Virus record (IMG/VR): IMGVR_UViG_3300032030_000028
Location: 46,372-110,371 of that record
Length of the DNA: 64,000 nt
Origin: a virus
Taxonomy: Duplodnaviria; Caudoviricetes
Reading direction: 5' to 3' (one strand)
In this document: piece by piece, positions 1-9,057 of the stretch
Layout: each line of letters starts with the position of its first letter
Numbering within the stretch: the first letter of the stretch is position 1
Notes under the pieces: generated by a model
Told to the model about the DNA's origin: nothing
Databases searched by the model: none
What the model saw: only the letters and a program-made list of their open reading frames with translations
Translations under genes and position numbers: made by a program

Positions 1-1905
1 GCCCATAGATATAAACTTTCCGGTAATCCACAAAACACCACCGTATATAAGAACCGCTCCCACCATAACCACCATACAAAGCAAAATCTTATAAGAATCT
101 GCTATTGCCGGAGCCGTGTTTGCCGCTTCGGACATTTTTTTAATTGTGGATATCATGGAATCTAAAGTAGACTGCAGCAAATTAAAGGCATCGTCAGACA
201 ATAAAGATTTTTCTTTAAGTTTCTTTATTTTATTTAATATTCTACTATAGAAGATTATAGCAAAATATATAGATATTAAACATGTACCGAATTTAGCTTG
301 CTGGACAAGATCAGGTGATGCCTTAATTATCTCAATAAATTTATCGATCATATATTTCATATTATCGATAACCTTTTTAGCATCTTCTGATTTTTCTAAT
401 ATTTTAGCTTTTTTATCGGTAAGCAGTTTGACAATTTTAATAAGCTTTCTAATATCCCATATAAATGTCCGGAGGAGTATTTTAGACGAAGCAGCAGCTT
501 TTAAGTCTACTTCTTTTAATTTTTTAAAGATATCTACAATAGATTCAACAATATTGAATACACATATAAAACCTTTTTTGATATTTTCTTCGTTTCTTCC
601 AAACGTCATCATTATGCCCATTATAGAGCGGCTTCCGCCCCCACTACTCGGGTCTTTCGATGTACCGAATAATATGATATATAATCTTTTGATTCCTTTT
701 CGTAGTCTTTTATATCTTAGCTTTCCGAATAATCCGGTGAGTAAGTTCAAACTTCGTAATACTATATTAAGAGCTTTGAAGAAAACTACTAGAGAAATAG
801 CGATACCGGCAGCTTTCAAGGCGTCTACGATTTCCAACGACTCTAATACGCCTTCTATCAGATCCATGACTCCCCGGTTTTTCTTTCCTTTTTTCCGGAA
901 TACTTTTCGAGCTAGCCACCCATATTCTTCTCCAAATAACAATTTCCACATTCTATCAAGATTGGTCTGGATTTGATTTTTTTCCAACCAACTCATATGC
1001 TCATTGATAAAATGCAACGTCACATTTAAACTTTCAAATGTCTTAGATATCATAAGCATATTTATCCGAGATTTAATAGCGGTAGCTATTTCCATCCTTC
1101 CAATATTCTCAATAAGACTCATTATAGAATGAGAACGGCGGAATATTCTATCATAGGTGCGTCCGAATAGTAATACATATATCTTAGATATAGTTCTTCG
1201 ATATTGAATTATCTGTTTGAGGGTAATATTGTTTTTCAATACTTCGAAAATCGTCGGAATTAAATTAATAGTATCGGCTATAAATTTTATGCTTGTCTTT
1301 GCTTTAGCAAACGGAACCAATTTTCGATCTCCGATAAATTCTATTAGCCGAATGAGTTTTCGGAACAACATCTTATATTTTATAACCGTAAACCTATATT
1401 TTATAACATCCCTTAAAGATATCTTTTTCAATGGAGAAGCCACAATCTCTAAGGACTCCATAATGGGTTCCATGGCTTTTAGGGATATTTTGGCTTTTAT
1501 AATATTTATGGTATTATAACTTCCAAGTTTTTCTACGAATTTAAATAAAGACCTCATACTCTTTCTCAAGAGAATCATCCGAAACTTATTGCCGATTAAA
1601 TCTTTTAATGGAATCTTTCCAACAGTTTCCATTAGTATCTGATACTCATATATGGTATCGGTCATGCTCTTCAAATCTTTGGCATTTATAGATACGGCTA
1701 AATAAGCACCCGAGATTCTTTCTAACCCATATAGAACAGTCTCTATGGCGTCGGTAGAACGCTCTATGCATTTCTTCAAAGTATTGAAGAATTTCTTATC
1801 CATCTTATTCTTGACGATGATCTGATTTATATCATTGACAAGTTTAAGCTGCTCTTTATATATTTCGAAAAGGTCCTCACTATTAGGTATTTTGGTCTCG
1901 GCCAT
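1..1905 (-). CDS. Large helical/hydrophobic protein, truncated by the window edge; possibly tape-measure-like
   Basis: ATG at 1905 (MAETKIPNSEDLFEIYKEQL). The same frame is open where translated at both ends and reads ...LLCMVVMVGAVLIYGGVLWITGK at the edge. Absent from the ORF track because there is no stop in the window. Function is inference. Confidence 0.6.
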   Translation of the reverse strand, partial: MAETKIPNSEDLFEIYKEQLKLVNDINQIIVKNKMDKKFFNTLKKCIERSTDAIETVLYGLERISGAYLAVSINAKDLKSMTDTIYEYQILMETVGKIPLKDLIGNKFRMILLRKSMRSLFKFVEKLGSYNTINIIKAKISLKAMEPIMESLEIVASPLKKISLRDVIKYRFTVIKYKMLFRKLIRLIEFIGDRKLVPFAKAKTSIKFIADTINLIPTIFEVLKNNITLKQIIQYRRTISKIYVLLFGRTYDRIFRRSHSIMSLIENIGRMEIATAIKSRINMLMISKTFESLNVTLHFINEHMSWLEKNQIQTNLDRMWKLLFGEEYGWLARKVFRKKGKKNRGVMDLIEGVLESLEIVDALKAAGIAISLVVFFKALNIVLRSLNLLTGLFGKLRYKRLRKGIKRLYIILFGTSKDPSSGGGSRSIMGIMMTFGRNEENIKKGFICVFNIVESIVDIFKKLKEVDLKAAASSKILLRTFIWDIRKLIKIVKLLTDKKAKILEKSEDAKKVIDNMKYMIDKFIEIIKASPDLVQQAKFGTCLISIYFAIIFYSRILNKIKKLKEKSLLSDDAFNLLQSTLDSMISTIKKMSEAANTAPAIADSYKILLCMVVMVGAVLIYGGVLWITGKFISMG

Positions 1906-1962
1906 AATGTTATGTTTTCTTTTTTATATTTCGGATTATATCAGTGGCAATCCGAATTATTA

Positions 1963-1970
1963 TATAAATA
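1963..1970 (+). promoter_or_regulatory. TATAAATA, T4-late-promoter-like box
   Basis: Exact T4 late consensus about 20 nt upstream of ATG 1991. The AT-rich context makes a chance match possible. Confidence 0.3.
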
Positions 1971-1990
1971 ATCAAATATCAGTTGAAACA

Positions 1991-2707
1991 ATGAAGAAGC
2001 TGACACAATATCTTAAAAATGTAAATGAAGCATTTGGGGATGAATTGAATGAAATTACCGGATGGCTAGGTTCACTAGAAAACCTATCCGATGTCTTGGA
2101 TAGACTCGAAAATTCAAAAATTCTCGGCGGACGGGGTAACGATAGATTTGGAAGGGGAGATGGTGAGAATATTGATGATCATACAAAAAGGTATGTGGGA
2201 ATGATTCTCAAAAAACTTATGACGGATCCCGAGATTATATCCTGGTATGATTCTCCATATAACAACGAGATGGAGCTTTATAGTTTGCTAGCTAAAAAGC
2301 TTTCTCCCAGAGAAATGACTTATCTGGAAGAGATCACTCAGGTTTTATCTTCCGTAGAAGACTCGGATAAAGATGCAGAGATAGTTAATAATGCCGTTGT
2401 CCGCCTCATAGATGATCCAGATTTAGAAAGATGGTTTAAAAAATATTCAAAACCTATTAAGAAAACGGATAGGTTCGGTAATGTCGAAACTACAACGGCA
2501 ACTCCTAATGAATTTGAACTCAGAAAGATTATTAACAGCAAACTTTCAGGCACGGAAAGAAAATTTTCCGAGCCCATTGCGCGAAAATTTATGCGAATAT
2601 ATAGTGGTGAATATGATACCGATGACTATTTTAATGGAGATAGAGGCAGTTCAGGAATGGGTATGTCTATGACCGGAAGACGGAGCGGCGGACGTTTTAG
2701 AATTTAA
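1991..2707 (+). CDS. Putative internal virion protein with an internal two-domain repeat
   Basis: Probable start MKKLTQYLKNVNEA at 1991, downstream of TATAAATA. Two similar units (LMTDPEIISW..NEMEL..KLS / LIDDPDLERW..NEFEL..KLS). Confidence 0.6.
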   Translation: MKKLTQYLKNVNEAFGDELNEITGWLGSLENLSDVLDRLENSKILGGRGNDRFGRGDGENIDDHTKRYVGMILKKLMTDPEIISWYDSPYNNEMELYSLLAKKLSPREMTYLEEITQVLSSVEDSDKDAEIVNNAVVRLIDDPDLERWFKKYSKPIKKTDRFGNVETTTATPNEFELRKIINSKLSGTERKFSEPIARKFMRIYSGEYDTDDYFNGDRGSSGMGMSMTGRRSGGRFRI

Positions 2708-2727
2708 TTAAAAATTAATCAAGATAT

Positions 2728-5232
2728 ATGAAAAGATTTCATGAATATACAGGGATGATCACGGAATCCCTAATGATGTTATTAGTCTATTCCGCTATAG
2801 TAGCTACCATGGTCCAGGATGCCAAACAAGAACGTCTCAAGTTCAAGATAGAGCAAAAACGAATGGAAAAAGAGCTTAAAGAAATGGAAGATAGGGAGGA
2901 TGATGAAGAAGTCCAACGTAGGATAGAAAAAGAACGTCATAAACAAGAACTAGCTCAGGCGAGACATGAACGTCAAGAAGAGAAAATGAAACGGAGAATG
3001 GCTAAAATACAGATGCTCCAGGATAAAATAGCGGAATCTCGTGAGAAAAAATTAGAAACTCAGCGTTTTGCATTAGCAGCCCATAATATGATGAACGACA
3101 AGGAGACCGCTGAAGACCGGAGTCTTATCGAGAAACATGCTAAGAACAAAGAAAAATGCTCTCCTGATCAAATTCGCAGGGCTACTGAAAAAGCTGATAA
3201 AATATCCGACGAAGAAGCAGATAAGTATATAGCTAAATACATGCCGAAAAAAGAACTCCCTAAGACCGAACCCGGGCCTAAAAAAGAAACTCCGAAGAAA
3301 ACGGATAAGATCCCAAATCCTGGAGACTTCAAGATGCCTAAAAAACCGGATACTGACGGGGCTGTAGATAAAAAATCAGAACCTAAAGAAGAAGAAGTAA
3401 TCAATCCGGAAACTGGCAAGAAAGAAAAACATAAAGTATATACAGGTAAACGCGGTGGTAGATATTGGATGTCTAAAAACAACAATAAAGTATATGTTAA
3501 TGAAGATAAAGAAGAACAAGAAGAAGCTTCTCGTTGGGATATTACTAATTCTAGACTAGCTTATCTGCAATGGGTTATAGATAACACTAAAGATAAAGAA
3601 AAATCCAATAAGCTTCAGGAGATGTATAATGCCTTGTATAATATAACATATGATACGGGCGGCGATATCCGGAGCTTAGATGATACTATATCTTATATTA
3701 CTCAGACCATGCAAAACAATAAAGGTCTGATTCCGGGACTTCCTTCTAATGATCAGATAGAAGAAATCGATAAAAAAGCAGCTAGCTTTGAAGAATTGCA
3801 CCCGGAAGAATATGAAAGTTATATCAAGAGACTGGAAAGTTCTAATCTGGATAAATCCAAGAAAGATAAAGAAGATCAAGCGGATAGTGTGCTGAGTCCG
3901 GCGGACACCAAAGATGATAAAGATGCCCGCAATAAGCTAGCTACTCTTACTTCCATATTTGGATTTACTAATATTATAGGTCTAGAACCTAATCGGAAGC
4001 CATCCGCGGAAGATATGAAGAAAAAATCCGAGCTGAAAAAAGATCAGAAAGATAATGCATTGCTCCAGGATACCGAGGATGACGAAACTGCTCTTAAAAA
4101 ACCGGAGATCTCCGGTGAAGAAAGCTCCGATGAGTCCGGTGAAGAAGGCTCCGATGAGTCCGGTGAAGAAGGCTCCGATGAGTCCGGTGAAGAGTTGTCG
4201 GATATTGAAGAGGATATGATCATGTATGTAGTCATGATGGCTGAAGAATATTTGGACCAGTTCGAAGGCGAAGACTATGACGAAGCTGATGTGGACAAAT
4301 GGTTGGATGAACAGGATTTGGAATCCGATCTTGGCCTGGAAACCGAAGAAGAGAAAAAAGGCTTCCGGGATGCTATGAAGCAAGAAATTAAGAATGAACT
4401 AGAATCCGAGTCCGATGAAGGTAGTGAAGAGTCCGGTGAACAGACTACGGAATCTCTCTTAGAGTTCTCTCAAAACTTTATATTTGAATTGTTTGGTCGG
4501 AATGACGCTTTCAAGGCGGCTAAGAAAAATGCTGAAATGTTCAATAAGTATGGTGATGGTGCATATAAACCGGAAGTTACAGTAAAAGAACTCCAAAAGG
4601 CACGTAAGAAAAATGCAAGCGCCGTTAAGTTCAACAAGGCGGCAAATTTGCTTACCGGACCACTGGGTGCCGCCATTATCAACAAAAAACAAGATAATAT
4701 GAAGAAACGTATGGCCGGAATGAAGTCCATGATTGATAGCACGCAGGATCCCGATGAAAAAGAGAAACTTCAAAAGAATTACGATATGATGATGAAGGCT
4801 TGTGTTACCAAGAAAGGAAGATTCCGCGCCCGTCCGAAACTTAAAAGCCTTTCTCCGGAAGAAAGGGCCGAATTTAAATCTAAGTACAAAGAAATCAAGC
4901 AATCTAAAACAATCCGACAAGCTGGCAAGGATTATATGATCAAACACGAAGATTTTGCAGACCAAGTACTACAAGATAAAGTATCTAAGAAAAAAGAAGA
5001 AAAAGAAATCAAGAAAGGTAATGTTGAAAAGACTTCCATGGATGACGGATCTACTCTGGTAGCTCGGAAATCGGAAAGAGACGGCCATATGATTTATACT
5101 AGAGAAAAAGGAGGCAAGACTATTGAATATATGGATAAAGACGACTATCAAAAACGTCTAGCTAGCAAGAAAGAATCTGTAGAACATCACTTCAGTTCTT
5201 TCAAATCCTTGCTAGAATCTAAAAATGCATAA
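2728..5232 (+). CDS. Large putative internal head/ejection protein (paralogue 1)
   Basis: 834 aa. Leader MKRFHEYTGMITES, hydrophobic N-terminal helix, coiled coil, acidic repeats, C-terminal module shared with 5760 and 7816. Confidence 0.6.
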   Translation: MKRFHEYTGMITESLMMLLVYSAIVATMVQDAKQERLKFKIEQKRMEKELKEMEDREDDEEVQRRIEKERHKQELAQARHERQEEKMKRRMAKIQMLQDKIAESREKKLETQRFALAAHNMMNDKETAEDRSLIEKHAKNKEKCSPDQIRRATEKADKISDEEADKYIAKYMPKKELPKTEPGPKKETPKKTDKIPNPGDFKMPKKPDTDGAVDKKSEPKEEEVINPETGKKEKHKVYTGKRGGRYWMSKNNNKVYVNEDKEEQEEASRWDITNSRLAYLQWVIDNTKDKEKSNKLQEMYNALYNITYDTGGDIRSLDDTISYITQTMQNNKGLIPGLPSNDQIEEIDKKAASFEELHPEEYESYIKRLESSNLDKSKKDKEDQADSVLSPADTKDDKDARNKLATLTSIFGFTNIIGLEPNRKPSAEDMKKKSELKKDQKDNALLQDTEDDETALKKPEISGEESSDESGEEGSDESGEEGSDESGEELSDIEEDMIMYVVMMAEEYLDQFEGEDYDEADVDKWLDEQDLESDLGLETEEEKKGFRDAMKQEIKNELESESDEGSEESGEQTTESLLEFSQNFIFELFGRNDAFKAAKKNAEMFNKYGDGAYKPEVTVKELQKARKKNASAVKFNKAANLLTGPLGAAIINKKQDNMKKRMAGMKSMIDSTQDPDEKEKLQKNYDMMMKACVTKKGRFRARPKLKSLSPEERAEFKSKYKEIKQSKTIRQAGKDYMIKHEDFADQVLQDKVSKKKEEKEIKKGNVEKTSMDDGSTLVARKSERDGHMIYTREKGGKTIEYMDKDDYQKRLASKKESVEHHFSSFKSLLESKNA
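4111..4191 (+). repeat. 24-bp coding tandem repeat (SGEE[GS]SDE), about 3 copies
   Basis: tccggtgaagaaggctccgatgag units seen directly. Confidence 0.9.
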
Positions 5233-5257
5233 ACTAAACTTATAAATATCTTATAAG

Positions 5258-5286
5258 AATCGGACTCGAAAGGGTCCGATTTTTTT
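5258..5286 (+). terminator. Rho-independent terminator, copy 1 of 3
   Basis: AATCGGACTC-GAAA-GGGTCCGATT followed by a T run. Confidence 0.85.
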
Positions 5287-5311
5287 ATTATTTATTCAAA
5301 GGTGATTTTAT

Positions 5312-5698
5312 ATGAAACATATTAGTGAATCCATAAGGAATGTAAAATGCTACGTTAACGAAGATACCGTAACTCATGATAAAAGATCGCAATCTTTCCA
5401 ATACGGTGACGGAAGCCTTGTCTATTTTGATGAGATTTTAACATATCCCCAATATCACGACAATGCTCTGGAAATCGAGACTCTGCATGCCGTAACTAAA
5501 AGAAGAGGTATTGGTTCGAAACTGATAGAAGCTATCAAGGATTATGCTGATTCCGAAAGAAAATCAATAGTGGTATATGCTAGTCCGCTGACAAACGACA
5601 TATCTGAAAGAGACCTTATCAAATTCTATAAAAAGAATGGATTTATACAAGATCCGGATACCGACAATCCACATTGTTTGATTTATATCGGAAGATAA
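5312..5698 (+). CDS. GNAT-family acetyltransferase with MKHISESI leader
   Basis: Motif A KRRGIGSKLI and motif B LIKFYKKNGF. Confidence 0.8.
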   Translation: MKHISESIRNVKCYVNEDTVTHDKRSQSFQYGDGSLVYFDEILTYPQYHDNALEIETLHAVTKRRGIGSKLIEAIKDYADSERKSIVVYASPLTNDISERDLIKFYKKNGFIQDPDTDNPHCLIYIGR

Positions 5699-5703
5699 TT
5701 CAA

Positions 5704-5733
5704 AATCGGACTCGAAAGGGTCCGATTTTTTTT
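5704..5733 (+). terminator. Rho-independent terminator, copy 2 (same hairpin as copy 1)
   Basis: AATCGGACTCGAAAGGGTCCGATTTTTTTT. Confidence 0.85.
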
Positions 5734-5759
5734 ATTTTTTATACAAATAAGATTTTTAT

Positions 5760-7316
5760 ATGAAAAATATTGGAAGTTATATTCAAGAATCCCAAATGTT
5801 TGAGGCAGAAAAAGAAAATTTAAAGTTATCTAAAGAAGACCAAAAACAACTACAAGAGATTCTTCAAAGAGCTATTACTGCATTTTATAATGATGATGAA
5901 GATAGAGATATAGAAGAATTTATTAAAGATACATTTGCTGATTATGGATGGTCCGATAAGCTCATGTCTGGATTCATAGACATATGTAAGCAGATTGTGG
6001 ACAAGTCTGATAAATATGTTGAAAAATTGAGTAAAACAGATAAAGATGTTAATGAAAGTTTGGGTGATTTAATTGCCGAAAAAGATGGGGAGGGCTTAAA
6101 AAAGGCAATTGATGCAGTTGATAGTGGCTTGGGAAAACTTGTGGATGCCGGTGTATTCGGAGATAATGCTAAAAATAAGCGAGCTGTTAATAAAGCACTT
6201 GGCAATACAGCGGCCGATAAAGCTAAAAAAGGTGTTGACAATGTGGTTTCAACAAAAACTGCGGTAGAAGATGCTCATAAAGCAGAAGTAAAACGTAACG
6301 CTGAGATGGCTAATAATATCGGGCGGGATGGCAAATTCCACCAAGATTTGGTAACCGGAAAATATTACAAATCCGAAGAAGAACTTAATCGAGCTGTTGG
6401 GAGAAGAAAAATGGAGGAATTTGATAAAGAATATGAAGAAGCTGTTAAAAAAGAAACCGATATAAAGAAAAATAACCAGGACACATATCAAATTCAAACA
6501 TCACCAGGTAAATGGAAAGATGTATCTAAAGAAGAGTATGAAAAGGCTAAAAAAGAAAATCCCAGAACAGCTAAAAAGACGGAACGTTCTTCCATAGATC
6601 CTCATGAGTATAAAATACCAACTTCTAGAGACACCAAATATGGATATGAAAAGGATGGGGAAATAACCCATACACACCTTCAACGTCATTATGAAATGGA
6701 AACTCCGTGGTGTCGTTTCTTGACTTCCGGAGGTCCTCAGAAGGTAGCGTTAGGTGCAGCTATCGTGGGTGCCGTGGCTCTCACTACGGCCGTTGCGGTA
6801 CATACTGCCAGAAAGCAAAATGAAAAATTCTTAGCAGGCCTCAAAGCCCGCTCCGAACAAGCTGACGACCCCAGAATTCGCAAGGAATATGAAAAATACT
6901 ATCAAGATGCATTAAAGGCTATGTATAAGGATAATGGCAAGGTTAGAATGGATCCGGATTTTTCTAAAATCCCCGAAGAGAGTAGAAAGTCATTCGTTAA
7001 AATTTACGGTTCCGGCAAAGATCTTCGCAAAATGGGCAAAGAATATATTAAGAAAAACGGTTCCGAATTTTTAGAATATGATAGAGACCATACTGCTTCT
7101 TCTACTAAAAAAGAACCTAAAGAACAAGTAGCTAAAGCTAAAGACGGATCCGAAATCCATGCTCGCCGCAAGAAATCCGGACACGGTATGACCTATGTGC
7201 GTACTAAAAACGGCAAAGAAGTCGGATATGCCACTAAGGACGATTTCCGGCGCGCTAGACAAAATGAAGGCATGATTTCATTGAGAGATGCTTTGTTAGA
7301 ATCTTTTGAAATCTAA
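5760..7316 (+). CDS. Putative internal head/ejection protein (paralogue 2)
   Basis: Leader MKNIGSYIQES, TM-like VALGAAIVGAVALTTAVAV, shared KDGSEIHARRKK..GMTYVR..NGKE.GYATKD module, ends LLESFEI. Confidence 0.6.
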   Translation: MKNIGSYIQESQMFEAEKENLKLSKEDQKQLQEILQRAITAFYNDDEDRDIEEFIKDTFADYGWSDKLMSGFIDICKQIVDKSDKYVEKLSKTDKDVNESLGDLIAEKDGEGLKKAIDAVDSGLGKLVDAGVFGDNAKNKRAVNKALGNTAADKAKKGVDNVVSTKTAVEDAHKAEVKRNAEMANNIGRDGKFHQDLVTGKYYKSEEELNRAVGRRKMEEFDKEYEEAVKKETDIKKNNQDTYQIQTSPGKWKDVSKEEYEKAKKENPRTAKKTERSSIDPHEYKIPTSRDTKYGYEKDGEITHTHLQRHYEMETPWCRFLTSGGPQKVALGAAIVGAVALTTAVAVHTARKQNEKFLAGLKARSEQADDPRIRKEYEKYYQDALKAMYKDNGKVRMDPDFSKIPEESRKSFVKIYGSGKDLRKMGKEYIKKNGSEFLEYDRDHTASSTKKEPKEQVAKAKDGSEIHARRKKSGHGMTYVRTKNGKEVGYATKDDFRRARQNEGMISLRDALLESFEI

Positions 7317-7338
7317 AAGTTCTTAAAAAATCCATAAG

Positions 7339-7367
7339 AATCGGACTCAAAAGAGTCCGATTTTTTT
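7339..7367 (+). terminator. Rho-independent terminator, copy 3
   Basis: AATCGGACTC-AAAA-GAGTCCGATT followed by a T run. Confidence 0.85.
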
Positions 7368-7392
7368 ATTCTTTATTCAAAGAAGATTTTAT

Positions 7393-7812
7393 ATGAAACA
7401 TATTAGTGAATCTATAATAGGAAGAAGGGGATCTTCAAATATTTCCGACTTCCGTTTTGAAAGCATAGTCCGAGGAAGTATAGTATATATTCCCGAACTC
7501 AAGCGAAACGATTCCGATAATCCTTATTTTTTGTGTGTAACTATCCGAGATTTATATGATTTGTGGCCGGATAGATACATAGATAGTAATTTACTTAGTT
7601 TAATTCATTATATTCTGCCTTCTAAATATAGTGTATATGACACTCCAATCGGAGAGGTAACCCTTCAAGGATATAAAAATCATTTTCCATTTTATGACGG
7701 TAATAAAATACCCATAAAAGCTATATACGGACCTATAGATCGGCATAAGTTAAACAGAATACTATCCTCAGAAGACACATTAATAGATTTTTTAAAAAAT
7801 TTACACCCCTAA
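7393..7812 (+). CDS. SIIGR-leader small protein
   Basis: Starts MKHISESIIGRRG. Confidence 0.75.
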   Translation: MKHISESIIGRRGSSNISDFRFESIVRGSIVYIPELKRNDSDNPYFLCVTIRDLYDLWPDRYIDSNLLSLIHYILPSKYSVYDTPIGEVTLQGYKNHFPFYDGNKIPIKAIYGPIDRHKLNRILSSEDTLIDFLKNLHP

Positions 7813-7815
7813 AAT

Positions 7816-8946
7816 ATGAATTTAAAAAATTATATCTTAGAATCTCAAGAACCGGAAAATCTTCCGGAAATTCTAGACTTTGTAACTAATATAATATCTC
7901 AATATACGGACTCTCTTTCCGATCTTTCCGATTATTCGGAATCCGGCTTCAAAAAATGGTGTGAAGACAATGGTATTGAAGATATAGATTGGGATGATGA
8001 TGCTAAAAAGAATTTTTATAAGTTATGTGATACTGCGCTTTCTAATATGAAAGATACGGATGATTCTGTAGAAGAATCTTTTAAGATCCCGGATCTTAAT
8101 ATTTTATTAGAAGCGGTCCCTAATAAGGATTCTCAAAATTCTCCGAAGTTTTCTAAAGAAGATGCTCAAAAATTATTAAAGCAAGCTAGAGATGAAGTTT
8201 GGTCGGGAATGAAAACATACGGCAAGAAAAAAGCCACTAACTGGTCTGGCGATCAACTTAACAAACTCACTGATAAGATAATGACGAGCATTAAAAATAA
8301 AAAAACATCATCCGCCGAAGAATATGCAAATGCTGGAATTTCCGCCGGAAAAGCATTTTCTAAAGTACCTGGCATCAGCAAGGCACTGGCCGGAATATCC
8401 GCTCTTTCGGGTCCTCAGGTCGCTCTGATCACCGTATCCGTAGCGGCGGTTGCCGCGGGAACTGTAGTGGTTGTCCGTCAGATAAAGAAAAAGAAAAACG
8501 AAAAGATCTTGACTGGGATAAAGGCTAAAGTTGAGGAATATAAGAAATCGGGAGATACTGAAAAAGCTAAGTTCTATGATGATTTTTACCAAAAACTAGA
8601 AAAAACCTGTTTAGACGATAAAGGAAAACTTCGCGTGAGTCCGGACCTTAACAAGCTTCCTGAAAAAGATCGCGATTTATTCTCAACTTTATATAATAGG
8701 ATTAAGAAAAATAAAAACATCATTAAAGCCGGAAAGGTTTCGGCACCTAAAGAACAAGTGGTGAAAGATAAAGATGGGAGCGAGATCCACGCCCGCCGGA
8801 AAAAAACCGGCATCGGCATGACCTATGTCAGAATGAAAAATGGCAAAGAAATCGGATACGCCACCAAAGATGAATTCCGGGCCGCAAAAAGCTCCAATGA
8901 ATCCTATACAGGATTATCGGATTATATTAATGAGTCAGTCGAATAA
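7816..8946 (+). CDS. Putative internal head/ejection protein (paralogue 3)
   Basis: Leader MNLKNYILES, TM-like VALITVSVAAVAAGTVVVV, shared C-terminal module, ends YINESVE. Confidence 0.6.
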   Translation: MNLKNYILESQEPENLPEILDFVTNIISQYTDSLSDLSDYSESGFKKWCEDNGIEDIDWDDDAKKNFYKLCDTALSNMKDTDDSVEESFKIPDLNILLEAVPNKDSQNSPKFSKEDAQKLLKQARDEVWSGMKTYGKKKATNWSGDQLNKLTDKIMTSIKNKKTSSAEEYANAGISAGKAFSKVPGISKALAGISALSGPQVALITVSVAAVAAGTVVVVRQIKKKKNEKILTGIKAKVEEYKKSGDTEKAKFYDDFYQKLEKTCLDDKGKLRVSPDLNKLPEKDRDLFSTLYNRIKKNKNIIKAGKVSAPKEQVVKDKDGSEIHARRKKTGIGMTYVRMKNGKEIGYATKDEFRAAKSSNESYTGLSDYINESVE

Positions 8947-8981
8947 AATCTATCATAAATCTTTCATATTCGTTATAAAAC

Positions 8982-9032
8982 AAGCGATCGTATCTTAGAT
9001 GACTAGTTATATCACTTAAGATGTGATCGCTT
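8982..9032. repeat. 51-bp intergenic palindromic element, copy 1
   Basis: AAGCGATC...TAGATGACTAGTTATAT...GATCGCTT between convergent genes. Confidence 0.85.
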
Positions 9033-9057
9033 GTTTTATATATGTTTATGAAAGAAA

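Noticed and set aside
428-1519. Plus-strand ORFs 428 and 1217
   Set aside because: Antisense shadows of the minus-strand ORF starting at 1905.
4111-4191. CRISPR array (also considered for the 99-bp repeats and the leader 14-mers)
   Set aside because: These repeats are contiguous in-frame coding repeats or are separated by whole genes. There are no 25-45 bp unique spacers and no cas genes.
8982-9032. Integron attC site or IS end
   Set aside because: No RYYYAAC/GTTRRRY cores, no integrase or transposase nearby, and the element does not follow each cassette gene.
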